Origin: a bacterium
GTDB taxonomy: Bacteria; UBP6; UBA1177
Assembly (NCBI GenBank): GCA_017997475.1
Contig: JAGOEX010000002.1
Location: 1-41,719 of the forward strand
Direction: 5' to 3'
DNA: 41,719 bases
Below the pieces are notes generated by a model that was not told where the DNA came from, made no database searches, and saw nothing but the letters and a program-made list of their open reading frames with translations. This document shows, piece by piece, positions 1-9,126 of this stretch (positions within the stretch are counted from its first letter, which is position 1; each line of letters begins with the position of its first letter). Made by a program: the position numbers and the translations under genes.

Positions 1-305
1 CTGAGAAGTCCGTTGAAAAGAAAATAGTCAAAATACCTGTCCATTTTGTATATTTCAAGTGCCTTTTCATGCCCCGAACTTCCGACTGTTACTGCAAAAT
101 ATCCTTTCTTTTCATTAGTGATTATTTTGCAGACCCCTTTTATTACAAGCTGCCCGGTGTGGTATTCCTCTAATATCCTTTCAAGTTCTTTTTCCCCTTC
201 AGAAACGGATAACTGCCATCTTGACCTGAAAAGAACACCTTTGTTTAAGTGGGCAAGAATATCGGAAAATTGAATGTTCTCAAATAAATTTAAACCATTA
301 TCCAT
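1..305 (-). CDS. Methionine synthase reactivation (AdoMet-binding activation) domain protein, 3' end truncated by window edge
   Basis: Not in the ORF track because it runs off the edge. Hand translation of the minus strand from ATG at 305 gives MDNGLNLFENIQFSDILAHLNKGVLFRSRWQLSVSEGEKELERILEEYHTGQLVIKGVCKIITNEKKGYFAVTVGSSGHEKALEIYKMDRYFDYFLFNGLL with no stops. The pattern parallels the E. coli MetH C-terminal activation module (IDWTPFFMTWSL / GVVGLFPAN / YIGAFAVTGG..DDYN). The ATG overlaps the metH stop (ATGGATAA). Confidence 0.6.
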   Translation of the reverse strand, partial: MDNGLNLFENIQFSDILAHLNKGVLFRSRWQLSVSEGEKELERILEEYHTGQLVIKGVCKIITNEKKGYFAVTVGSSGHEKALEIYKMDRYFDYFLFNGLL

Positions 306-2820
306 TCTTTAGTTTTTCCAGTATGTTCATCGCTTCAAATGCATCGTTTGCATAATAGGCACTTTTTCTGTTAAGAGGGGAGACCTCTTTTTCCACAAAA
401 TCATTTGTCAGCGCCGCTCCGCCGCAGATCAGAGGAATCTCCATTCCGTTTGAAGAAAGGAATTGGGCGACATTTTTCATTTCAAGAGCACTTTTAACTA
501 GAAGCGCACTCAATCCCACCGCATCAGGCCTGATCTTGTCAACTGCCGCCGCTATTTCTGCCGCAGACCTGTCAGTTCCGATATTGTGAACAGTATATCC
601 GTTATTTGAAAGAATGATGTCAACCAGATTTTTGCCGATGTCGTGGATGTCACCTTTAACAGTTGCAAGAACGATGGTCCCTTTTTTGTTAACCTCACCC
701 GATTTTATGTGCGGCTCAACTATCGAGCATGCCTTTTTTACCACTTCAGCACTTTTCAGCACAAACGGGAGCTGGGTCGTTCCGTTCTGGAACCTTACAC
801 CGACCTGTTTCATCGCAGACAGAAGAATATTGTTAATTATTTCAAGTGGCTCAGTGGTTTCAAGAAGCTCGCTTACAGTTTCTTCAAGCCCTTTTGTTTT
901 CCCTTCAATGACATGAGAGAAAAGTTTTTCAGAAGGATCAAGTGAAGCGGCGGCACTGCTTTTTTCATCTTGAAGCTTATCGTTTTCAAAATAGTTTATA
1001 AGTTCGTGTAACGGGTCATATCCATCTGATCTACGGTTGAATATCAGATCTTCACAAATTTTCTTTGCACTGCTTTCGACACAGTCAAGAGAAACTACTT
1101 TGCCGGCATGAAAAATTGAAGCGTCGAGTCCCCATTTCACTGCATGGAAAAGATAAACGGAATTAAGCACTTTTCTCGCTTTCGGCTTTAAACCGTAAGA
1201 ACAGTTGCTGACCCCGAGAACTGTAAAAACATCAGGGTAAAGCTCTTTTATTTTTTTTACAGCTTTAAAGCTTTCAACTGCGGCATTAAAATATTTCGGA
1301 TCACCCGAACCCAAAGTGAAGGTAAGGGTATCAATAAGAAGATCTGATCTGTGCAACCCTGCTTTAAGAACTGAATTTATCAATCTTTCTGCGACTTCCA
1401 TTTTCCTTTCAACTGTTTCAGCCAACCCTGTTTCATCAATTGTAAGTCCTATGACCGCCGCACCGTATTTTTTCGCAAGTGTTAATATTTTCTCAGCTTT
1501 TACCCCACCATCTTCAAAATTAATGCTGTTGATAAGAGCTTTCCCTCCGTAACATTTAAGAGCCGTTTCAATTGTTTGCGGATCTGTCGAATCAATGCAA
1601 AGAGGTGTCGGGACATCACGGTTGATAAGTTTTACAAGCTGTGCCATATCTTCCAATTCATTCCTTCCGGCATATCCGACTGAAAGATCGATTATGTGCG
1701 AGCCCTCTGACTGCTGAGATGAAATAATGTCCATCATCCCGTCAGTATCACCGGAAAGAAGAGCTTCTCTGAATTCCTTTGATCCTGTTGCGTTTGCCCT
1801 TTCACCGATGATGAGTGGCTTTAGTTCCACATCAAGTTCACTCACTGCAAATGTTGAACATACAGCCGATCCAGCCAGAGGATATTTTTGAGCCATCATT
1901 TTGAAATCGTTGATGTTTCCGTAAGCAGATCTGATGTGCTCGGGAGTTGTTCCGCAACAGCCGCCTACAATTTCCACACCGAGATCTTTAACAAAAAAAC
2001 CGATGTGTTCTCCGAATTTTTCCGCTGAAAGCGAATACTGAAGTTTTCCGTTGATAAGTTCAGGAAATCCTGCATTTGGAAGAACTGAAACAGGGAAGGG
2101 GGATATCTTTTTAAGTGTTTTTATGCTTTCATACATTCCTTCAGGGCCTGTTCCGCAGTTGAGCCCGAGAGCAAAAAGATCAAATCCTGAAAGAGCGGTT
2201 ACAACAGTTTCAAGAGTTGTGCCAAGAAGCATCTTGCCATTCTTTTCAACTGTCACCTGAACTATAACGGGCAGATCACACCGATATTTTTTCATTGCGT
2301 CGTAACAGGCGGCAAGTGCCGATTTTATCTGGAGAAGGTCCTGACATGTCTCAATCTGGAAGAGATCTACTCCCCCTTCGATAAGTGCTGAAAAATGAAT
2401 GAGATATGAATTATAGAGTGTGTCAAAATCTGATTGAAGAAGAGTCGGAAGCTTTGTTCCGGGACCGACTGAACCGGAAACAAACCGCGGCTTTGAATCA
2501 GTTGAAAACTTTAATGCGGCTTTTTTTGCTGTCATGGCGGCGGCTTTTGCCGTTTCAAATGCCTTGTCAGCGATACCGAACTCGGAAAATGAAAGGGGAT
2601 TCGATCCGAAAGAGTTGGTCTCAATTATATCGCAGCCGGACTCAAGATATGCCTCGTGAATGGAAGTTATGACATCCGGACGGCTTATCGAAAGGTAGTC
2701 ATTACAGTTGATATGTCCGTGATAATCATCGGCAGTCAACCCGAAATTAATAATGGATGTTCCCATTGCTCCGTCAAAAAGCAACGGTCGCTCTTTTATT
2801 ATTTTTGAAATATTGTTCAA
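298..2820 (-). CDS. metH: Cobalamin-dependent methionine synthase core (Hcy-binding, pterin-binding, B12 cap and B12-binding modules; no activation domain)
   Basis: 840-aa ORF. Zn-ligand Cys motifs LGLNCGTGP and GGCCGTTPEH. Pterin-binding region. B12 motif GDIHDIGKNLV (DxHxxG) followed by GLSALL and CGGAAL. TTG start preceded by GAGGTG 5 nt upstream. Confidence 0.92.
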   Translation of the reverse strand: MNNISKIIKERPLLFDGAMGTSIINFGLTADDYHGHINCNDYLSISRPDVITSIHEAYLESGCDIIETNSFGSNPLSFSEFGIADKAFETAKAAAMTAKKAALKFSTDSKPRFVSGSVGPGTKLPTLLQSDFDTLYNSYLIHFSALIEGGVDLFQIETCQDLLQIKSALAACYDAMKKYRCDLPVIVQVTVEKNGKMLLGTTLETVVTALSGFDLFALGLNCGTGPEGMYESIKTLKKISPFPVSVLPNAGFPELINGKLQYSLSAEKFGEHIGFFVKDLGVEIVGGCCGTTPEHIRSAYGNINDFKMMAQKYPLAGSAVCSTFAVSELDVELKPLIIGERANATGSKEFREALLSGDTDGMMDIISSQQSEGSHIIDLSVGYAGRNELEDMAQLVKLINRDVPTPLCIDSTDPQTIETALKCYGGKALINSINFEDGGVKAEKILTLAKKYGAAVIGLTIDETGLAETVERKMEVAERLINSVLKAGLHRSDLLIDTLTFTLGSGDPKYFNAAVESFKAVKKIKELYPDVFTVLGVSNCSYGLKPKARKVLNSVYLFHAVKWGLDASIFHAGKVVSLDCVESSAKKICEDLIFNRRSDGYDPLHELINYFENDKLQDEKSSAAASLDPSEKLFSHVIEGKTKGLEETVSELLETTEPLEIINNILLSAMKQVGVRFQNGTTQLPFVLKSAEVVKKACSIVEPHIKSGEVNKKGTIVLATVKGDIHDIGKNLVDIILSNNGYTVHNIGTDRSAAEIAAAVDKIRPDAVGLSALLVKSALEMKNVAQFLSSNGMEIPLICGGAALTNDFVEKEVSPLNRKSAYYANDAFEAMNILEKLKNG

Positions 2821-2835
2821 TTTAACACCTCGGAT

Positions 2836-5190
2836 CTATTTTGAAAATCTGATCACTGTAACTGCGTCACCGCCTTCTTCACTGGTCCCTGAATTGAATT
2901 CAAAACGGTATCTTTTCTGGAAGGAGGGGAGTGTGTCGCGGATGAATTTTTTAAGTTTCCCTGAACCGTGACCGTGAATTATTGTCAGAGACGCGGCTCC
3001 GCCTCCGAAAGCATTGTCAAGCGCTTTTTCGATCTTTTCAGCGGCATCTTCAACAAACAGACCTCTCACATCGCATGTTTCGGCATACTTTGATTCAACA
3101 GGGTTCTTTGATGATGATGTCTTAACCCCGGATTCCATTTTCAGGACGATCAGCCGTTCAACAGGGGAAACGAGCATTTTACCATTACAGATATATTCTG
3201 CTTTTCCGTTTTTTACCTGCTGAAGTATCCCTTCTATCTTGAGAAGTTTGTCATAAACTATCGTTTTGCCGGGGATTATCGACCCTGCGACATCTGCAAG
3301 TTTCTCACCTTTTTTTTCATCAAGAGAAACTTTCTGCCTGTTTATGGCATCCTGAATGCTCTCTTTTTCCTTTTTGATCAGTGCCACTTTCACAGGGGCA
3401 TCTTTTTTATCAACAGCAGAGATTTTCTTTTTCAATTCCATCTCCTCCATTTCGACAAGTTTCTTTAATGAATTTAGCCGACTTGCCTCAAAATGTTTTT
3501 CTTTTTTCTCAAGACTTATCTTTATTGCGGCGGCATTTTCCCTTTCAATAATTGCGGCAGTGCGGAGCTGTTCAGTTTCTTCTTTAAGCCGGTCAAGCTC
3601 CTCTTCTTTTTTCCTGAGGCGGTTTATTAATGGCTCGATGCTGTTCTCTTTTGCGAAAAGAAGGTTTTCAAGCTTTGTAACAAATTCTGCAGGGAAACCG
3701 ATCTTTTTTACTAACGACAAAGCGTTACTGCTGCCGACGATGTTATAAGAAAATTTGTATGTCGGTTTATCAGATCCGGTATCAAAACCCATTGCGACAG
3801 GAATGAACTTTTTGTTTTCAAGTGCGATGGACTTAACTTCGGCAAGATGGCTTGTCACGACGGCATGGCAGTTCTTTTCCGCAATGAATTCAAGATATGC
3901 CCTTGCTATCGCTCCGCCCTGAAGAGGATCAGTACCTGTTCCTATTTCGTCTATCAGCACAAGACTTTTTTCAGTGACTGCCCTTGATGTTTCGGAAAGC
4001 AGTTTCAAATGGCTTGAGAAACTTGATTCACCCGAAACAGCACTCTGGTTGTCACCCTGAATTATAAAGATTTCATTAAAAAACGGGATCTTAGCAAAAG
4101 AGCAGGGGACTGGAAAGCCCCTGACAGAAAGATGAGCTATTGCAGCCACAGTCTTTAATGCCACTGTTTTACCTCCGGCATTGGGTCCGCTCACGACCAT
4201 TATTTTCTCTTCATCATTAAAAATAAAGTCGTTTTTCACGAGTGACTTACCGGCAGTAAGAAACACAGGCGGATACCATCCGCTCTCTATTCTCAGCTCA
4301 CGATCAGTAAATTCAGGTATGACACATCCGTATTCTTTCATCCATTTATGCTTTGTATAGATGTTTTCAAGATGCAGGGCGGTTTCAATACATTTTTTAA
4401 GATACTCATATTTTCTGTATACAAGTCCGCGAAGCTCTTTTAAGACCTTGATTATCTCTTCAAGTTCCTTTGCCGCAAGAAGGGAGAGAGCGTTGTTATG
4501 TTCGATCAGAGGAAGCGGTTCAAGGAACGCTGTCTGCCCCGTTCTGCTGTAGTTGTGAATGACCCCTTTCATTGTTCTTTTGAAAACTGATTTGAACGGA
4601 AGCACATATCTGTCGTCTCTTACCGTGAACCAGTCTTCCTGAAGATATGAGCTGTATTCAGGGCTTAAGATCATTTTTTTGATCTCGATCCCGATGTGTT
4701 TATGGGTGTCTGAAAGCTGTTTCCTTATTTTTGCAAGTTCAGGTGTGGCATTTGAACTGACTTCCCCTTTGTCAGTTATGCACTGCTTGATCGTCATTTC
4801 AAAACTTATGTCAAAATCGGCAGGAAGTATCAAATTAATTCCGGAAGCCCATTTCTCTTTCTTTATCTCTTCGCCCGATTTTCTTATTGAACCAAGAAAA
4901 TCACCAATGATCCTATAGTCTTTTGCTTCAAGCGGCTCGTTCTTCTCAAACCGTTCAACAACACCGGTCACGGAATCAAGATTAAAAGAGAAAACACCCT
5001 TTGATGTTTCGGAAAGAGTGGATGCCTCCACGATCATTTCAAATTCTTTTACTGATTCAGCCCGGCTTAAGGCATCCTGTCTGAAAAGAGATCTTTTACC
5101 ATATTCCGAGATGGCTTTTTCGCCGATCCAGTTCATGATAATGTCCCATTCCTGTATTGTATTCTGTTTTGTAGTCGTAAGATCAGTCAT
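2836..5190 (-). CDS. mutS2: Endonuclease MutS2 (MutS-family ATPase with C-terminal Smr domain)
   Basis: 784 aa. Walker A GPNAGGKT, Walker B LVLIDEIGTGTDP, long coiled-coil region, C-terminal Smr motif LTIIHGHGSGKLKK. Start overlaps the upstream gene stop by 8 nt (ATGACTGA). Confidence 0.92.
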   Translation of the reverse strand: MTDLTTTKQNTIQEWDIIMNWIGEKAISEYGKRSLFRQDALSRAESVKEFEMIVEASTLSETSKGVFSFNLDSVTGVVERFEKNEPLEAKDYRIIGDFLGSIRKSGEEIKKEKWASGINLILPADFDISFEMTIKQCITDKGEVSSNATPELAKIRKQLSDTHKHIGIEIKKMILSPEYSSYLQEDWFTVRDDRYVLPFKSVFKRTMKGVIHNYSRTGQTAFLEPLPLIEHNNALSLLAAKELEEIIKVLKELRGLVYRKYEYLKKCIETALHLENIYTKHKWMKEYGCVIPEFTDRELRIESGWYPPVFLTAGKSLVKNDFIFNDEEKIMVVSGPNAGGKTVALKTVAAIAHLSVRGFPVPCSFAKIPFFNEIFIIQGDNQSAVSGESSFSSHLKLLSETSRAVTEKSLVLIDEIGTGTDPLQGGAIARAYLEFIAEKNCHAVVTSHLAEVKSIALENKKFIPVAMGFDTGSDKPTYKFSYNIVGSSNALSLVKKIGFPAEFVTKLENLLFAKENSIEPLINRLRKKEEELDRLKEETEQLRTAAIIERENAAAIKISLEKKEKHFEASRLNSLKKLVEMEEMELKKKISAVDKKDAPVKVALIKKEKESIQDAINRQKVSLDEKKGEKLADVAGSIIPGKTIVYDKLLKIEGILQQVKNGKAEYICNGKMLVSPVERLIVLKMESGVKTSSSKNPVESKYAETCDVRGLFVEDAAEKIEKALDNAFGGGAASLTIIHGHGSGKLKKFIRDTLPSFQKRYRFEFNSGTSEEGGDAVTVIRFSK

Positions 5191-5701
5191 GATATGTCAG
5201 AATTTCAGGTGTCCCCAGTTTCACACTCAGGATCTTTTCGAGATTAAAGCTGTTCTCTTTCAGGAGAAGATAGTAATCCTGCTCCGCTTTTTCAGACATT
5301 TCGCCTGTTGCGGCATACACTGCGAAATCCTCTTTTTTCATTTTACCCAATGCAGGGCACTCGGCCATCAACTGTTTGCGCCACGATTCATCAGAGAAAA
5401 ACTCTGAAACAAAAGGGGTGTGCATACACTGGAAAGGTTTGAATTTATGTATTTCGCAAAGATTTGAATTGGAAAAAACACATGCCCCTTTATTTTTTTT
5501 AAGTATAAGAAAGGGGAGGTATGAGTACGATCCGCTTTTCTCAATAGTTTCCATCATAACATATTCGGTATATTTATTTATGGTCTCCTGGAGTGTCATT
5601 GAAAGGTTTTCAGCGATCCTTTTAACATCGTCAGGATATAAAAAGACCGAACCTTCGCCCTTACAGCATGCCCCGCAGATCTTACAGATAAATCCGTTCA
5701 T
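5183..5701 (-). CDS. YkgJ-family cysteine-cluster (CxxCxxCC, putative Zn/Fe-binding) protein
   Basis: 172 aa starting MNGFICKICGACCKGEG, with a later GACVF...CEIHKFKPFQC pattern typical of UPF0153/YkgJ proteins. ATGA overlap with the upstream gene. Confidence 0.78.
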   Translation of the reverse strand: MNGFICKICGACCKGEGSVFLYPDDVKRIAENLSMTLQETINKYTEYVMMETIEKSGSYSYLPFLILKKNKGACVFSNSNLCEIHKFKPFQCMHTPFVSEFFSDESWRKQLMAECPALGKMKKEDFAVYAATGEMSEKAEQDYYLLLKENSFNLEKILSVKLGTPEILTYHD

Positions 5702-7539
5702 CGCGCCCTTCCTTTTATTGCCCTGTTGACAAAATACTCAAGAACTCTTGTGCTGTTTGCAAGCTTCACAGTTCCTGCTCCGGGAAAAACTCTCACTCCT
5801 CCCTGCACCGAACTTTTCGCTTTTGATGAGCCCCAGTTCGGGAAATCATCATCCGTAACGATCAGAAATCTTAGAAAATTACCCGAAAGTGATTCGGTTT
5901 CAAATATAAAATCGTTGTGGTAGTCTTTAGAAACAGCCCTTGACAGACCTGATGCGATAAGAACTGAAATGGCTGTATCAGGAATACTCTTTTTTGCTGA
6001 TGACATAAAACTTCCGCTGAAATCATTAAAACCGCGGTCATCGAAAAGACTTTCTTTAATAAATACAGTTTCGCGGTTGACAAAACTTCTAACCATTTCA
6101 AATGTTTCTGAATCTTTCTTGTAATCGGTCCACATTAAATATGAAATGAATCTCAGCTTGTCAGAGTGGTTGAGTCCGGAATATTTATCAAGAGCGTTTT
6201 TCAGAAGTTCAATTTCCTGATCTTTTAATTTTTCTGATGATGCTGAAAATGCGTTCAGGAAAATGCCTGAATATACCGGATTATCAGCTATGCTTTTTCT
6301 GATGTTTGCCATGTCACTGAAAAATTTCACAAGCTCATCTTTTTTTTCAGCATGTTCATCAAGAGAGCACTGGTCACCGCAAAGAGAGAGAATATATAGA
6401 AGAAGAGCTGATGAAACTTCAGCCGAAAGGTTCTTTTTTATAAGATATCCGACAGCTTTTACTGCTGAATCAGCAAGAGCGCCGTCTTTTAGAACGGCAG
6501 AAGCTTTGAAAAGTGCAATGGCTGTTTCCGCCTGAATATTAAGGTTGTCTTTTGATCCTTTGTCAACACCGTCAAATATGTTCATTTCAGCAGGAAAAGA
6601 ACCGTCGGAGGATTGAATGTTCTTAAGATGTTTTGAAATCATCCTGATGGCAAGATTGTCGGAATAATTACTTTTTTTATCGTTGTAAATTCCAAGCCAT
6701 GGCACCATTTCACCGTTCTTTTCTATAAACTGAACAGTCCGGTAATGATATACGGACGCTTCGTCCTTTTTATATTCTTCTTTATCAAGACCGTACTGAC
6801 GGCCTTTTCTGTCGAGTACATTTACAGGATTGTCGGAATATTCCCACGGAAGAACTCTGATCTTTGCTCCCCGTGACTTAAGGAATAATCCATCGATCTT
6901 CCTTTTGAGCAGCGGAATGACATGTTCAGGAGTTTTATTTTCGATGTAGGTATAGTTTTTATGAAAAAGGAGCGTGAGCCTGAAATCACCTGAAAGTTTT
7001 TTGATGGCAGAAATCTCTTTATAAAGTTTTTTAAAGTTTTTAACTGTCTGGTGTGCAGGCAGATCGTTATAGGTTGTCGATATTGCAACTTCACCTTTGC
7101 TGTCCTGCATTAAATAGGTAATGGTAATGCTTTCATCAGATCCCTGGTCGGAACATGCGGCGTCTTTAAAACATTTATATATGTATTCCGCATCTTTTTT
7201 ATGATCAACGGTATTTCTTTTTAGAAGGATGCCTTTTTTCCCAAGGAAAAGATAATCAAATTTCTTCAGATGCTGCAAGTTTTTAAATTTCTTGGTGAAT
7301 TCTGATGATTCGGCAAGTTCGTCTGATATGAAAACACAGTCAGACGCAATGTTTTCAAGTTCATTTTCATCATTGATCTTATCTTCAGGAAACTTGTTCT
7401 CACGGCAGTTGTCCAGCAAGGTCCTTTCCAGCACATCAGACGGCTTAACAAGCTCTTTTACAAAAACAACTGACGAAAAAACTATCGTTATTAAAACTAT
7501 TGCCGTGGAAAGGATAGTGATGAATTTCTCACTGGTCAT
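5698..7539 (-). CDS. Hypothetical membrane-anchored protein, function unknown (possible alpha/alpha-toroid C-terminal half)
   Basis: 613-aa ORF in an operon context. N-terminal hydrophobic helix ITILSTAIVLITIVFSSVVFV. One QxxDGSF-like motif (IQSSDGSFP) reminiscent of prenyltransferase/terpene-cyclase repeats. No catalytic motif recognised. Confidence 0.65.
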   Translation of the reverse strand: MTSEKFITILSTAIVLITIVFSSVVFVKELVKPSDVLERTLLDNCRENKFPEDKINDENELENIASDCVFISDELAESSEFTKKFKNLQHLKKFDYLFLGKKGILLKRNTVDHKKDAEYIYKCFKDAACSDQGSDESITITYLMQDSKGEVAISTTYNDLPAHQTVKNFKKLYKEISAIKKLSGDFRLTLLFHKNYTYIENKTPEHVIPLLKRKIDGLFLKSRGAKIRVLPWEYSDNPVNVLDRKGRQYGLDKEEYKKDEASVYHYRTVQFIEKNGEMVPWLGIYNDKKSNYSDNLAIRMISKHLKNIQSSDGSFPAEMNIFDGVDKGSKDNLNIQAETAIALFKASAVLKDGALADSAVKAVGYLIKKNLSAEVSSALLLYILSLCGDQCSLDEHAEKKDELVKFFSDMANIRKSIADNPVYSGIFLNAFSASSEKLKDQEIELLKNALDKYSGLNHSDKLRFISYLMWTDYKKDSETFEMVRSFVNRETVFIKESLFDDRGFNDFSGSFMSSAKKSIPDTAISVLIASGLSRAVSKDYHNDFIFETESLSGNFLRFLIVTDDDFPNWGSSKAKSSVQGGVRVFPGAGTVKLANSTRVLEYFVNRAIKGRAR

Positions 7540-7546
7540 TTACAGA

Positions 7547-8806
7547 TCATTCAGCTTGAGCGGGAGATGAGTATATTTTAAGGAAGTTCTCGTTTATTGA
7601 AACTGTGGCCTTGTCTCTCAACTGGTCTACATAGTTTTCAAGTATCTGTGCTTTCTTTGTAGTTTTAAGTCTTTCCTTTATGTTTCCCTTGTCTTTTTCA
7701 AATTTTTCCATATCTGCCGGAACATGTTTAATTCTTCCCGCAATGACATGGTTCCCTTCCTCAGTTATGAAAACACTGTCAAGTACACCCGGTTCAGTAG
7801 ATCCAAAAAGCTTTTCGACAAATTTCGGGCTGAATCCAACACCCTGAACAAATTTTGCATTCTTAACTACACCGGGAACCTCTTTTCTTGAAATGTTCCA
7901 GTCAGGAAATTTCTTTGAGATATCTTCGGTAGTTATTGACGGATTTTCTTTAACTGCGGTAAAAACTGCTTCAGAATCAAGTTTCATTTTAGCAGCGATC
8001 TTGTCTTTCAGCATTATATCTTTAGCAACATCAACTTTAACGTCTTCAAAAAGAGTTTGACCGCTTCCGTCTTTTTTGCTGTATTTTGAAACATTGTCTT
8101 CAAATGTCAGCTTAACCTTTGTGAGATCGGCTTCAAGGAATGTCTTCACTTCATCATCAGAGATCTCGTCTTTGATCTTGTTCTTTATTTCATCCTTGAG
8201 AGAAGATTCAAGTATGGAATAGACAAAAGCATCCATCTTTTCATCAGATGATGTGAATTCATCAAGAACTTCTGTTTCAGAAATATCAATGCTCTGGAAA
8301 AGGAAACTTCTGAGCTTTCTGCTTAAAAGCTGAAGACGCACTTTGTGTTCGTAATCTGAAACAGTTGTGTTAAGTGTGAACTGAACCATTTTGTTGTATG
8401 AATCCCTGTCAAAAGCACCGTTCTGCTGGAAATACGGTGTTTCCATTATCTCTTTTCTCACTTCTTCATCGGAAACTTTGAATCCGAGGGATTTTGCCTC
8501 CTGTGCAAGAAGTATTTCACCGATAAGTCCGTCCATAGCTTTTTCGGAAAGCTTGTACTGAGCGGCCATTTCATTGTTGAAATCCCTGAAGATCCGCTGA
8601 TAGTAATCATACATGTTCGAATAGGAAAAACGGAACTCTGAAGTGGTTATGAGTTCGCCGTTAACTGATGCGGCATAATTCTGAGCTGAAGAACTGCACC
8701 CTGCATCATCACCAGGCCCGAAAGATATAACGAAGGTTACGATGATGGCGGCAAACATAAGAGATACGAGAATCGAACTGCTTTTTTTTCTGATGTCTTG
8801 AAACAT
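7547..8806 (-). CDS. SurA N-terminal-domain / PpiD-like periplasmic chaperone without a recognisable parvulin domain
   Basis: 419 aa. N-terminal TM anchor (ILVSLMFAAIIVTFVISF), then AASVNGELITTSEFRFSYSNMYDYY, typical of the PpiD/SurA_N family. No rotamase GGDLG-type motif seen. Confidence 0.65.
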   Translation of the reverse strand: MFQDIRKKSSSILVSLMFAAIIVTFVISFGPGDDAGCSSSAQNYAASVNGELITTSEFRFSYSNMYDYYQRIFRDFNNEMAAQYKLSEKAMDGLIGEILLAQEAKSLGFKVSDEEVRKEIMETPYFQQNGAFDRDSYNKMVQFTLNTTVSDYEHKVRLQLLSRKLRSFLFQSIDISETEVLDEFTSSDEKMDAFVYSILESSLKDEIKNKIKDEISDDEVKTFLEADLTKVKLTFEDNVSKYSKKDGSGQTLFEDVKVDVAKDIMLKDKIAAKMKLDSEAVFTAVKENPSITTEDISKKFPDWNISRKEVPGVVKNAKFVQGVGFSPKFVEKLFGSTEPGVLDSVFITEEGNHVIAGRIKHVPADMEKFEKDKGNIKERLKTTKKAQILENYVDQLRDKATVSINENFLKIYSSPAQAE

Positions 8807-8849
8807 TTATAAACCCCACAAAAAAGATTCCAAAAAAATAACAGGGGGG

Positions 8850-8877
8850 ATTTTAATAAGAGAGTATTAAAAATCAA
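8850..8877 (-). promoter_or_regulatory. Putative sigma70-type promoter for the ppiD-like to metH operon
   Basis: Minus strand reads TTGATT-16 nt-TAAAAT, about 40 nt upstream of the ATG at 8806. By-eye consensus match only; the host promoter consensus is unknown. Confidence 0.35.
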
Positions 8878-8916
8878 CATTTTGATAAACTAAAAAAATA
8901 AAAAGCTTTTTTGAGG

Positions 8917-9003
8917 TGGTGCCGGAGGCCGGGATCGAACCGGCATGGAGTTGCCCCCGCTGGATTTTGAGTCCAGTGCGTCTACCAATTTCACCACTCC
9001 GGC
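8917..9003 (-). tRNA. tRNA-Leu (anticodon CAA), class II with long variable arm, CCA encoded
   Basis: Minus strand GCCGGAGTGGTGAAATTGGTAGACGCACTGGACTCAAAATCCAGCGGGGGCAACTCCATGCCGGTTCGATCCCGGCCTCCGGCACCA. 7-bp acceptor stem GCCGGAG/CTCCGGC. Anticodon stem CTGGA/TCCAG with loop CTCAAAA. T arm GCCGG-TTCGATC-CCGGC. Closely resembles E. coli tRNA-Leu(CAA). Confidence 0.93.
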
Positions 9004-9016
9004 AAATTGACAGCCG

Positions 9017-9044
9017 ATTGTACAATCTGTCTGATGATTGTCAA
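9017..9044 (-). promoter_or_regulatory. Putative sigma70-type promoter of tRNA-Leu
   Basis: Minus strand TTGACA-16 nt-TACAAT, ending 13 nt upstream of the mature tRNA 5' end. The -10 lies inside the palindrome ATTGTACAAT (9017..9026). Confidence 0.45.
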
Positions 9045-9126
9045 TATTTTTGCTCTCAGAGCTAACATTGACTTTTACATAAAATGATATATCACCGTAT
9101 CAGATTGTTTTTTTTGATAAGGATAT

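Noticed and set aside
46-273. 75-aa plus-strand ORF from the track
   Set aside because: It lies antisense to a continuous minus-strand frame (1..305) whose product resembles the MetH activation domain. The plus-strand product is low-complexity with no RBS.
8900-8912. AAAAAGCTTTTT palindrome plus T-rich tract downstream of the tRNA as a terminator
   Set aside because: With a minimal loop, the stem would be only four A-U pairs. This is not a credible hairpin.
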